Below, piece after piece: positions 1 to 8,835 of a stretch of DNA of 64,000 nucleotides. The position numbers were made by a program, and so were the translations under genes. The DNA comes from Gemmatimonadales bacterium (GTDB taxonomy: Bacteria; Gemmatimonadota; Gemmatimonadetes; Gemmatimonadales; GWC2-71-9): positions 1-64,000 of the forward strand of contig JBDIWC010000011.1 in the NCBI GenBank assembly GCA_039794085.1. The letters are read 5' to 3'. Under the pieces are notes generated by a model, which saw only the letters and a list, made by a program, of their open reading frames with translations, ran no database searches and had not been told where the DNA came from. Position 1 is the first letter of the stretch; each line of letters starts with the position of its first letter.

Positions 1-2010
1 GCGAGTCCGCATGTGTCGTGGCGGCGGACGTGGCTGGGGGGCGCGGTGGCGGTGGGGGCGTTTGCGGTGCTGGTGGTGGGGTTCATGGTGACGCGGGCGC
101 TGGGGATCGGGCCGGCGGCGTCGTTGCAGGGGACGGGCGTGTTCGGGGAGCGGGAGACGCTGGTGGTGGCGGACTTCCGGGCGCCGGTTTCGGACTCGAC
201 CCTGGGGCCCACCGTGGCCGAAGCGCTCCGCACCGATCTGGCCCAGTCCCCGGCGCTGACCGTGCTGTCCAAGGCATCACTCCGCGAAATGCTGACCCTC
301 ATGGCCCGGCCGTCCGAAAGCACCATTCCCTTTGCCCTGGCCCGGGAAATTGCGACGCGCGAGGGCGCCAAGGCGGTGCTCGACGGGGAGGTCGTCCGGC
401 TCGGCTCGAGCTACGTGATCTCCGCCCGGCTGGTGTCCGCCCTCGATGGCACCGAACTCGCCACCTTCAGGGAAACGGCCAGCACCGAGGACGACCTGGT
501 GCCAGCCCTGGGCAAGCTTTCGAAGGCGGTGCGCGAAAAGGCCGGGGAGTCCCTCAAGACGATCCGCGCCAGCCAGGACATGGACCGGGTCACCACGCCG
601 TCGTTGAGCGCGCTCCGCAAGTATGTGGACGGGCTCCGGCTGGCGGATGAGCAGGGGGACATCGAGCGAGGGCTGGCCTCTCTGGAGGAAGCGGTGGCAC
701 TCGATACCGCGTTTGCCATGGCGTGGCGGAAGATCTCGGTGCTGCTCAACAACGAGGGGCGTGAGCGGGAGAGGGGTCTGGTTGCCGTAGCCACGGCGTT
801 CCGCCACCGTGACCGGCTCACCGAGCAGGAGCGGCTCCTGACCGAGGGTTACTACTATACGAGCGGTCCGGAGCCTGACCGGGTCAAGGCGCTTGCGGCG
901 TACGAGGAGCTGGCCCGCATCGACCCCAGCAGCGTGGGGGCGCTGAACAACGCGGCGGTGGTCCACATGGATCTCCGCAACTGGGAGCGGGCGGAGGAGT
1001 TGTTGCGCGAGGCGGTGAAGCGACGCTCTTCCTTCGCCACACGGTTCCTCAATCTCGCTACGGCCCAACTTGCCAACGGTCGGATCGAGGCGCTCGATTC
1101 AACCGCGGCGGCGTTCTACGCGGCCTACCCTGGCAGCACCTATTTGTGGGAGATGGAGAGTCTTCAGGCATGGGCCCGGCGGGATCTGGACCGCACCGAC
1201 TCGATCGCGAGAGCCGCGTTCGGCCGTGGACGCACCCTTCGGGAGACCACCAACGGCGCTGGGTTTGCGGCTACCCTGGCATCTCTCCAGGGGAAGCCGC
1301 GGGAAGCCCTGGGGTGGAGCACCCGGGGGACGGCGGCGACCCTGCGGGCCAATCCCTCACCGACGGTCCGGTTCCAGTTCGCTCTCGATTCGGCGTTCTC
1401 GGCCCTCGACGCGAATGCCCCGGCGGAGGCCAGGCAGTACATCCAGCGTGGATTGTCCCGCGTGCCGATCGACGGGATTCCCCCCTCGGAACGCCCGTGG
1501 CTTGCCCTGGCGGTCCTTGGGATGGAGAGTCGTGACCCGGGGCTGGCTCGCCGGGCCCTGGCGGGATTCGAGAGCGACCTGGCCGCCACGTCGGTGGATC
1601 GCGAGGGGGAGAGGGCCTTCTTCGAGTCCCACGTGGCACTGGCCGAAGGGCGGTGGGAGGAGGCTGTTCCCCTCATTGGGGAGGCCGACCGGCGCTTCGC
1701 CATCGAGGATCGCTATGCCCAGGCGATCCTGGCGCACGCGCATGACCAGGCAGGGCGCCCCGACTCGGCCATTGCTCATTACAACAAGCTTCTCGACATC
1801 CCTCCTGATATCAATGGGGTAGAAGGCTACTGGACCCCACGGGTGCATTATCGCCTGGGCGAGCTGTACGAGGCTCGCGGGGACCGGGAGAACGCCACGA
1901 AGCACTACACCGAGTTCGTCAGTCTCTGGCGGGACGCGGAGCCAGCGCTGCAACCGATGGTAAAGGAGGCTCGGCAGCGGCTGGAGCGGCTGGTGGCGGA
2001 AAGAGGATGA
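1..2010 (+). CDS. 5'-partial membrane-anchored TPR protein with a TolB-N/CsgG-like domain (resembles the C-terminal part of Gemmatimonadota Ser/Thr kinase-TPR proteins)
   Basis: Frame is open from base 1; TM helix, then 'LVVADF...AREIATREGAKAVLDGEV...YVISARLV', 'VTTPSLSALRKY' and multiple TPR-like helices. Confidence 0.7.
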   Translation, partial: ASPHVSWRRTWLGGAVAVGAFAVLVVGFMVTRALGIGPAASLQGTGVFGERETLVVADFRAPVSDSTLGPTVAEALRTDLAQSPALTVLSKASLREMLTLMARPSESTIPFALAREIATREGAKAVLDGEVVRLGSSYVISARLVSALDGTELATFRETASTEDDLVPALGKLSKAVREKAGESLKTIRASQDMDRVTTPSLSALRKYVDGLRLADEQGDIERGLASLEEAVALDTAFAMAWRKISVLLNNEGRERERGLVAVATAFRHRDRLTEQERLLTEGYYYTSGPEPDRVKALAAYEELARIDPSSVGALNNAAVVHMDLRNWERAEELLREAVKRRSSFATRFLNLATAQLANGRIEALDSTAAAFYAAYPGSTYLWEMESLQAWARRDLDRTDSIARAAFGRGRTLRETTNGAGFAATLASLQGKPREALGWSTRGTAATLRANPSPTVRFQFALDSAFSALDANAPAEARQYIQRGLSRVPIDGIPPSERPWLALAVLGMESRDPGLARRALAGFESDLAATSVDREGERAFFESHVALAEGRWEEAVPLIGEADRRFAIEDRYAQAILAHAHDQAGRPDSAIAHYNKLLDIPPDINGVEGYWTPRVHYRLGELYEARGDRENATKHYTEFVSLWRDAEPALQPMVKEARQRLERLVAERG

Positions 2011-2015
2011 ACAAC

Positions 2016-2044
2016 GAAGTTTGAAGTGCGAAGTTCGCAGTTTG
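2016..2044. repeat. 7-bp-period repeat (GAAGTTY-like); inverted counterpart at 3802-3826
   Basis: gaagtttgaagtgcgaagttcgcagtttg versus cttcgaacttcacacatcacacttc. Confidence 0.6.
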
Positions 2045-2221
2045 CGGCGACGGGTTCTGAAGGACTGGGGAACACTCCATTCCCGGGGCTTTCGCCCCGG
2101 GCTCGGCGGTGCGGTGGCTCGCGCCACCGGGTGTGCAACCACCCATCATGCGTCAGCCCCCGGCAGGATCGTCACCCCGGCGAAATCCGATGGCTCTGGC
2201 CTTTCCGCCAGCGGGACAGAC

Positions 2222-2293
2222 AACCACAAAAGACACGAACAAACACGAACATGAGGGCTGTTGCTTTCGTGCCTTTTCGTGCTTTTTGTGGTT
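2222..2293. repeat. Hairpin element with about 9-10-bp-period arms (CACGAA../..TTCGTG), copy 1
   Basis: aaccacaaaagacacgaacaaacacgaac-atgagggctgttgc-tttcgtgccttttcgtgctttttgtggtt; near-identical copy at 3718-3789. Confidence 0.8.
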
Positions 2294-2406
2294 CCATTCC
2301 TGCGTCGATCCAGCCCTGCAAAGCGTGATTCGGGTTACCGCTCCGGACGCCCCTGGTGCGAACATGGCGGAATGTCTTGCCAACCCTCTCACGCCGAGCC
2401 GATACT

Positions 2407-2952
2407 ATGGGCATGCCAATCAGGCACTATTACACCGCAGCTGACCTCCTGGCGATGCCGGAGGACGGCAACAAGTACGAGGTGGTGCACGGGGAGCTCC
2501 TGGTGAGCCCCGGGCCCCGGATGCTGCACCAGCGGATCGTCGGCCGGCTGGACCGATTGATCGGGCAGTACCTCGATACTCAGGGGGTGGGCGAGGTGTA
2601 TCCGGGCGGAGACCTCCCCTTCGCGGACGACAGCCTCGTCACTCCCGATCTCCTGGTCCATGACCTCGAATCCGCTCGAACGCTGAGCTGGGACCTGACC
2701 AACCTGCCCCTGCTGGTGATCGAGGTGTTGAGCCCGTCGAGCACCCGGCAGGACCGGTTCACCAAACGGCGGCTCTACCAGGAGGTGGGGGTCCCCCTCT
2801 ACTGGGTCGTGGACGCCGACGCGAAGTGCGTGGAGGTCTGGACCCCCGAGGCGCTCTTCCCCGTCACCGAACACCACGAAGTACGCTGGCACCCCGAAGG
2901 CGCCGACGAGCCGTTGGTGGTGGGGCTGGAGGAGCTCTTTAAGACGGTGTAA
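2407..2952 (+). CDS. Uma2 (DUF820) family PD-(D/E)xK endonuclease, copy 1
   Basis: YEVVHGELLVSP, H-Q, PD, LVIEVLSPS, D..TKRRLY...GVP.YWVVD; the start may be the ATG at 2413 (leaderless). Confidence 0.93.
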   Translation: MGMPIRHYYTAADLLAMPEDGNKYEVVHGELLVSPGPRMLHQRIVGRLDRLIGQYLDTQGVGEVYPGGDLPFADDSLVTPDLLVHDLESARTLSWDLTNLPLLVIEVLSPSSTRQDRFTKRRLYQEVGVPLYWVVDADAKCVEVWTPEALFPVTEHHEVRWHPEGADEPLVVGLEELFKTV

Positions 2953-3126
2953 TGGTGTTGGGGGCTGGGTGTTGGGTGTTGGGAACAAATGACCACGAAA
3001 TACACGAAAGAACACGAACGCGCGTTGATCCATCCCCCCATTGCGTGATTCGGGTTACCGCTCCGGACGCCCCGGGTGCGAACGTGGCGGGATGTCTTGC
3101 CAACCCATTCGCGCCGAGCCGATACT

Positions 3127-3672
3127 ATGGGAATGCCAGTCAGGCACTATTACACCGCCGCCGATGTTCTGGCGATGCCGGAGGACGGCAACAAATACGA
3201 GGTGGTGCACGGGGAGCTCCTGGTGAGTCCGTCCCCGAGGCCCCTTCACCAGTTCGTCCTGGTGCGGCTGGTGAAGGTCGTCGCCCAGTATCTGGACCGA
3301 TACCCGGTGGGCGTGGGGGCGACGGGAGGTGACCTGTCGTGGTCCGACGAGACGCTGGTGGTCCCCGATTTCTTCGTCGTCGTAGTTGCCGAGGCCCGGG
3401 CGATGTCGTGGAGCGAAGTGAAACATCCACTGCTGGTGGTGGAGGTGCTGAGCCCGTCGAACGCCCGGCAGGACCGGTTCACCAAACGGCGGCTTTACCA
3501 GGAGGTGGGGGTCCCGCTCTACTGGGTCGTGGACGCCGACGCGAAGTGCGTGGAGGTCTGGACCCCCGAGGCGCTCTTCCCCGTCACCGAACACCACGAA
3601 GTCCGCTGGCACCCGGAAGGCGCCGACGAGCCGCTGGTGGTGGGGTTGGGGGAGCTGTTCAAGCAGGTGTGA
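3127..3672 (+). CDS. Uma2 (DUF820) family endonuclease, copy 2
   Basis: Same motifs; tandem duplicate at a 720-bp offset. Confidence 0.93.
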   Translation: MGMPVRHYYTAADVLAMPEDGNKYEVVHGELLVSPSPRPLHQFVLVRLVKVVAQYLDRYPVGVGATGGDLSWSDETLVVPDFFVVVVAEARAMSWSEVKHPLLVVEVLSPSNARQDRFTKRRLYQEVGVPLYWVVDADAKCVEVWTPEALFPVTEHHEVRWHPEGADEPLVVGLGELFKQV

Positions 3673-3717
3673 AAGTCCGGGTGTTGGGGCACTGGGTGTT
3701 GGGTGTTGGGAACAGAA

Positions 3718-3789
3718 AACCACGAAATACACGAACGAACACGAAAATGAGGGCTGTTGCTTTCGTGCCTTTTCGTGCTTTTCGTGGTT
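3718..3789. repeat. Hairpin element, copy 2
   Basis: Direct repeat of 2222-2293 with the same loop (atgagggctgttgc). Confidence 0.8.
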
Positions 3790-3817
3790 CCAACAGTTCC
3801 TCTTCGAACTTCACACA

Positions 3818-6082
3818 TCACACTTCTTCCTCTCTCACAATGATCTCATCGCCGAAGATCCAGCTGGGCCGTCCTGCTCCGGGGTGACGATCCGGCAGCG
3901 GCCCCGAGGACCGGGCTCGCACCCGCACCCATCGCCCCCTCACCGCGCTCGGCGGCGACACCACCAGGCGAAGCGTTTGCGGCCGGTCGTCGGGGAGGGC
4001 CTCCTCCCGTGTCACCATCCCCACCTCCTGCCACTCGGTTCCGTCCATGGAGAGCCAGACGGTGAACGCCGAGGGGGCCACGATCCAACTGCGGAAATCG
4101 TGGAGGAAGGAGCCGGTGACCTCGCGCACGCCCGCGATCCGCCCCAGGTCGATCGTGGCCTCGAGATCGGTCCCGAGCCATCCCTGCCAGAAGCCGTCGT
4201 GCAGGTCGGTGGAACCGAGTGCATGGTCGGTGAGGGTATACGGCCCGGTGCCCTGATATCGGGGTGACGGGGGAGACGCGAGTTCCACCGGGCGCCCCCA
4301 CGCGAGGTGCGGCTCCAGGGTGAAGCGTCGGCCGAGGGGGAGGACATTTCCGTTCAGCACCGCGGCGACGGTGACGGTGCCCGAATCGGCCATCGGGTCG
4401 GGCGTGGTCCGGATCTCGACGCCCGGCATCCCGGGCACCGCGCGCACGAACACCTCGCGGGTGACCGAATCGTACCCCGGCTCGAAGGTGGCGAGCGCCC
4501 GGTCCGCCGGCCCGAGGGTAACGCCGAGCCGGGGGAGGCGGGTGTAGTGGTCCCGCTCGAGGCGGGCCCGAAAATCGACCCACTCCCGTGGGCCCCTGGT
4601 CCACACCGCCTCGGCGAAGGCGAGGAGCCGGGGCCAGACCATCGGGTCCAGGTTGGCCGCGGTGATGTGCTCGGACCAGAACGCCGCCTCGCTCCCCAGC
4701 AGGCGTTCCGCGGCGTCCGGCGGGATGCTGTCCGGGAGAGGGTCGAAGGCATAGACCCGTTCGAGGGGGAGGCCGTCGGGGGGTGTATTGAGATAGGCCT
4801 CACCGGGCGAGGCGATGACCTGGGCGCCGGCCCGGAGCGCGGCACGGGTCCGGTCGGGTCCGCGCCACGCCTGCACCACGACGCCGGGAGGGAGGGGACC
4901 CCGGTCCATGATCTCGTCCCATCCGATGAGAGTGCGGCCCCGTTCCGTGAGGGTCCGCGCCATCCTCCGGGTGAACCATCCCTGTAACTCTCCTTCGGCT
5001 CCCAGACCCTCGGTGCGCATCAGCTCCTGGCAGGGGGCGCAGGATTGCCAGCGGAGGGTGGGGACCTCGTCGCCGCCCAGATGGATCCAGGGGGAGGGGA
5101 AGAGGGAGAGGACCGTTTCCAGCACGGTGTCGGCGAACTCCATGGCGGGGGGGCTTCCGAGGCAGAGCACGTCGTTGAATACGCCCCAGGTGGTGGGGAC
5201 GGTGAGGGAGTCGCCGGTGCAGCCGATCCAGGGATAGGCGGCGATGGCGGCGGAGAGGTGGCCGGGGAGGTCGATCTCGGGGACCACGGTGACGTGGTGA
5301 CGGCGGGCGTGGTCGAGCACCTCGCGGATGTCCTCCGCGGTGTAGAAGCCGCCGGTGCGGGTGCCGTCCTCTTCGGTGCGCCAGGCGCCGACGGAGGTGA
5401 GCCGCGGGAGAGCGGGGATATCGAGGCGCCACCCCTGGTCGTCGGTGAGGTGCCAGTGGAGCACGTTCAGCTTGTAACGGGCCATGAGGGTGATCTGCCG
5501 TTTCACCTGCTCGACCGTGAGGAAGTGCCGGGCCACGTCGAGCAGCACCCCGCGCCAGCGGAAGCGGGGGCGGTCCTCGATGACGATGGGGGGGATGGCC
5601 CAGGCGCGGCTTGGGTCGCGGGTGGCCGGGGCGGTCTCGAAGTCGGGCGGGAGGAGCTGGAGCAGGGTCTGGACGCCGTGGAAGAGCCCGTCGGGGTCGG
5701 CGCCGGTGATCCGGATCTCGTGTTCGGTGACCTCCAGCCGGTAGCTCCCCTCTCCCTCACCCGCGGCGCTGTGGGGGTTGATCCGGAGGAGGATGGTGCC
5801 GGCGCCTGGGGCCGGCTCGGCGCGGGTCTCGATAGGGGCGATCCTCAATCGGAGGTAGTCGGCGACGTCGCGGGTGGCGGAGTCGTCGGTGGCGGCCACG
5901 AGGGCAACGCCGTTCCCCAGGACGAAGGGTCGGCCGGTGCCGAGTGTGAGGTGCTCGGGTTGGGGGACGAGGGCGGGCCAGGCGGCACCCTGGGCTGCCG
6001 CGGGGGCAGGGGTGCCGAGTGCCAGCGCAAAGCAGATGGCGAGGATGGAATGAAGTGGGAGACGGGTGGGGGCGGTGGGCAT
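3818..6082 (-). CDS. Beta-N-acetylhexosaminidase (GH20) with a C-terminal discoidin/F5-8-like domain
   Basis: Signal peptide; DRPRFRWRGVLLDVARHF, HWHLTDDQGWR, PEIDLPGH, HLGGDE catalytic motif. Confidence 0.93.
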   Translation of the reverse strand: MPTAPTRLPLHSILAICFALALGTPAPAAAQGAAWPALVPQPEHLTLGTGRPFVLGNGVALVAATDDSATRDVADYLRLRIAPIETRAEPAPGAGTILLRINPHSAAGEGEGSYRLEVTEHEIRITGADPDGLFHGVQTLLQLLPPDFETAPATRDPSRAWAIPPIVIEDRPRFRWRGVLLDVARHFLTVEQVKRQITLMARYKLNVLHWHLTDDQGWRLDIPALPRLTSVGAWRTEEDGTRTGGFYTAEDIREVLDHARRHHVTVVPEIDLPGHLSAAIAAYPWIGCTGDSLTVPTTWGVFNDVLCLGSPPAMEFADTVLETVLSLFPSPWIHLGGDEVPTLRWQSCAPCQELMRTEGLGAEGELQGWFTRRMARTLTERGRTLIGWDEIMDRGPLPPGVVVQAWRGPDRTRAALRAGAQVIASPGEAYLNTPPDGLPLERVYAFDPLPDSIPPDAAERLLGSEAAFWSEHITAANLDPMVWPRLLAFAEAVWTRGPREWVDFRARLERDHYTRLPRLGVTLGPADRALATFEPGYDSVTREVFVRAVPGMPGVEIRTTPDPMADSGTVTVAAVLNGNVLPLGRRFTLEPHLAWGRPVELASPPSPRYQGTGPYTLTDHALGSTDLHDGFWQGWLGTDLEATIDLGRIAGVREVTGSFLHDFRSWIVAPSAFTVWLSMDGTEWQEVGMVTREEALPDDRPQTLRLVVSPPSAVRGRWVRVRARSSGPLPDRHPGAGRPSWIFGDEIIVREEEV

Positions 6083-6341
6083 CGGGGGTCCTGGTCGGGG
6101 CACGGGATCGGGGAAAGGTGGGGTGGGGCGGGGCCGGAGGGAACCGGGCGAGGGCGCTGTTCGAGCTTGCGAAAGATTTCAAAATGTGCGGCGGGCAAAA
6201 GTGGCAAAAGGACGGACCCAGACGTCAGGGACCTATCAGGAAACCGCCCCGAGGGCTTCGATCAGTCCGGTGCCTTGAGATATACGTCTGACGACCACGC
6301 ACCTGAGCGAGAACGGTATTTCAGGCGCACTGTTGCCCTCC

Positions 6342-6770
6342 TCAGGAAGAGCCATCCTTCACACGATTTCCGATGCACTTCCAGAAGCGTTTCATCCACC
6401 GATCCTTTGTGATTTCGCACTCCCAGACAGTCAAGACACGCCATCCCTTGGTGCGGAGCATCCGTATCGCGCGCTGGTCACGCATGACGTTCTCCTGGAA
6501 CTTCCGGTTCCAGAACTCTGTCCGAGTCTTGGGGGTGTATGCGAAAGGGCACCCAGCGTGACGATGCCAAAAGCAACCATGAACGAACACGGCCATTCGA
6601 TGCTTCGGGAGAACAATATCGGGGGATCCTGGCAGATCGCTACGATGAAGCCGAAAACGAAAACCCGCCCGGTGGAGGGCGCTGCGTACCTGGATCTCGG
6701 GGCGGGTGTCCCGGCTCCGGATCCGTGACATGTTCCAGCTCCTGCGCTCCGAAGAGATGAGGTCAGCCAC
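6342..6770 (-). CDS. vsr: Very short patch repair endonuclease
   Basis: MAD...RSWNMSRIRSRDTRPE, LPGSPDIV, FVHGCFWHRH, GWRVLTVWEC. Confidence 0.96.
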   Translation of the reverse strand: MADLISSERRSWNMSRIRSRDTRPEIQVRSALHRAGFRFRLHRSDLPGSPDIVLPKHRMAVFVHGCFWHRHAGCPFAYTPKTRTEFWNRKFQENVMRDQRAIRMLRTKGWRVLTVWECEITKDRWMKRFWKCIGNRVKDGSS

Positions 6771-6775
6771 AGGAG

Positions 6776-8260
6776 TCAGAATAATTCGGCGACAATCCCC
6801 GCGATCTGACGAGCAAGGCCTGGAGGAACCGCATTACCCACCTGCTGGTATTGGGAGGTTCGTGGACCGCAGAACAAATAGTCATCGGGGAAGGTCTGTA
6901 ACCTTGCTGCCTCACGCACAGTCAGGCTGCGACATTGTCCCGGATCGTAGTGAATATAGTAGTGGCCGTCCTTGGAAATGTGCGACGTGATGGTTGTAGA
7001 TGGCCGATCGGCTACCTGAACCCGGAAACGATCCGCGAACTGGTAGTCCAGTCTCCTGTCGTGTTTGACATTCTTGTGCTCAGGCATAAGTCCCGCGGGA
7101 AATTCCGCGAGCCCCGGGGAGCGGTCTTCCACCTTGGCAAAGCAGCTTGCGAAGAGATACCGCTCCAGATCTCCTGGAATATGGGCTCTCGTCGAGTGAT
7201 TCAGAACAAGACACTCAGGCTGGTTGGTACGGGTGAGACAGTCAGCGCCTCGATCGGCGCGAGGAAGGCACAGGTTTTCGGTAACACTCTTGATTTCTCT
7301 CTGCAGGACTTCGGGCAACTGCCGGAACCAATGCCGGGACGGAATATCCTTCAGAAGGGAACGCCAGGCATGATCGCTGTCAGGTCCTCGACTGATCCCG
7401 CTGCGGAGCCTGGGGAGGTCTACGATGCTACTTCGCACAGTGACCTGCTTTGCAGCACGCTCAAGCGGTCTCGGGTCAGGCAGATCGTCTCTTACCCCAA
7501 GCACAATGACCCGGTGCCTCGCCTGCGGGACGCCGTAGTCCTCGGCTCTTACAACGTACTTTCGAGGGTCAATCTCCTCAAACAACTGGGAGGGTGAACG
7601 AGCAAGGGCATGGAGTCGGTAACGTGGCGCCTGCGAAGAGCACCGACCTTCACGTTTCAGAGCGGCCGCGGGCTCTGTCAAATCTTCAAGAATTCTGGCG
7701 AAGACGGACTTACCCGCGAGTTGTGCGGAAAGTAGTCCCTTGACGTTTTCCATGACGAACACCGGCGGTGCGTGATCACCGAGCACCTGCAGGTACTCAA
7801 CGTACAGGTGCTGGCGCTCGTCTTCCTCTGGCACATAGCGAGCGACACCGCGACGGCGTGAGCGACCAACCAGACTGTATGCTTGACAAGGTGGTCCGCC
7901 GATCAGTACCCATTCAGAGCGGTCGCGGAGCACCTCCTTAACTCGCTCTCGAACAATGTGCCTGGACTCCCGGCCAAGAGTATGGCGCCAGGCTTCGGCC
8001 GCCGCCGCCGTGGCCTGGGCGGGATACATGTCGAAAAGAGCGCTGCGACTGACCTCTCCGAGAAGAAACCCGCGAAGGGAGGAGGGCAGGTCAGGGAGCC
8101 GACGGGTGAACGCTCGTAGTTCGAGCGTTTGATGCGCATAGGGGTCCTTTTCTATGGAGAGGGCGATCTGAAACCGTGGGCGCCCAGACTGATCCTCATA
8201 GGATGAGAATCCTTCCCCTAGTCCACCTGGACCGGCGAACAGGTCAACGACGTGAATCAT
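6776..8260 (-). CDS. dcm: DNA (cytosine-5)-methyltransferase
   Basis: DLFAGPGG (motif I), GGPPCQ (IV), ENVKG (VI), Q.R.R (VIII), R.LTVREAARLQTFP (IX), QVGNAVPP (X). Confidence 0.97.
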   Translation of the reverse strand: MIHVVDLFAGPGGLGEGFSSYEDQSGRPRFQIALSIEKDPYAHQTLELRAFTRRLPDLPSSLRGFLLGEVSRSALFDMYPAQATAAAAEAWRHTLGRESRHIVRERVKEVLRDRSEWVLIGGPPCQAYSLVGRSRRRGVARYVPEEDERQHLYVEYLQVLGDHAPPVFVMENVKGLLSAQLAGKSVFARILEDLTEPAAALKREGRCSSQAPRYRLHALARSPSQLFEEIDPRKYVVRAEDYGVPQARHRVIVLGVRDDLPDPRPLERAAKQVTVRSSIVDLPRLRSGISRGPDSDHAWRSLLKDIPSRHWFRQLPEVLQREIKSVTENLCLPRADRGADCLTRTNQPECLVLNHSTRAHIPGDLERYLFASCFAKVEDRSPGLAEFPAGLMPEHKNVKHDRRLDYQFADRFRVQVADRPSTTITSHISKDGHYYIHYDPGQCRSLTVREAARLQTFPDDYLFCGPRTSQYQQVGNAVPPGLARQIAGIVAELF

Positions 8261-8835
8261 GATGTGTCCGGTCGAGGTGAAGCGCTCCAAAGGAGGAAAG
8301 ATACAAGAAAGGACGCGGCTGGTGGTACGGCTCAAAATATCGCCTTATAAAGAGGTGATAGAAGCGCCGTGAGCGAGTCCGACATTATCATGGTTGAACT
8401 GGTTGGACTATTGAAGTGGAATCCCACTAGCTGGTTGTCGCGAACAAACCAGGATACCACATCAGGGCAAGAGGGGGCCCGTCGGGAAGCATGCCACAGT
8501 TGGAGCGGAGATGCAAGAAGGAACAGCGGCTAGGGAGTGGCCCGGTGGATGGGATCAGATCGAGGAAATGGAAGCCGGACGCCCGGGTGAAGCTGATCGA
8601 GGTGTTGGTGACCGTCGGGTTGCGGGAGCTGGTGTGGATCTAGGCCGAAGACCACACGCCTGGGGCCTAGGTGGTTCCGGAAGGTATTGGGGGCTTGGAA
8701 GTGTAGACTTGCGCAGATCGATGCCGGGAGGCAGTATTCACTCAGTGCTGTAAAGCGACGCTTGGGGCTACGCGGCGGCTTGCTGTGCTGGGGACCCGAA
8801 AATCATCAGAACCTTTCTCACCTTCGTGGGCCTAA

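Noticed and set aside
2323..3672. Diversity-generating retroelement (TR/VR pair)
   Set aside because: Both copies are complete genes, the differences are block-like rather than adenine-specific, and no reverse transcriptase is in the window
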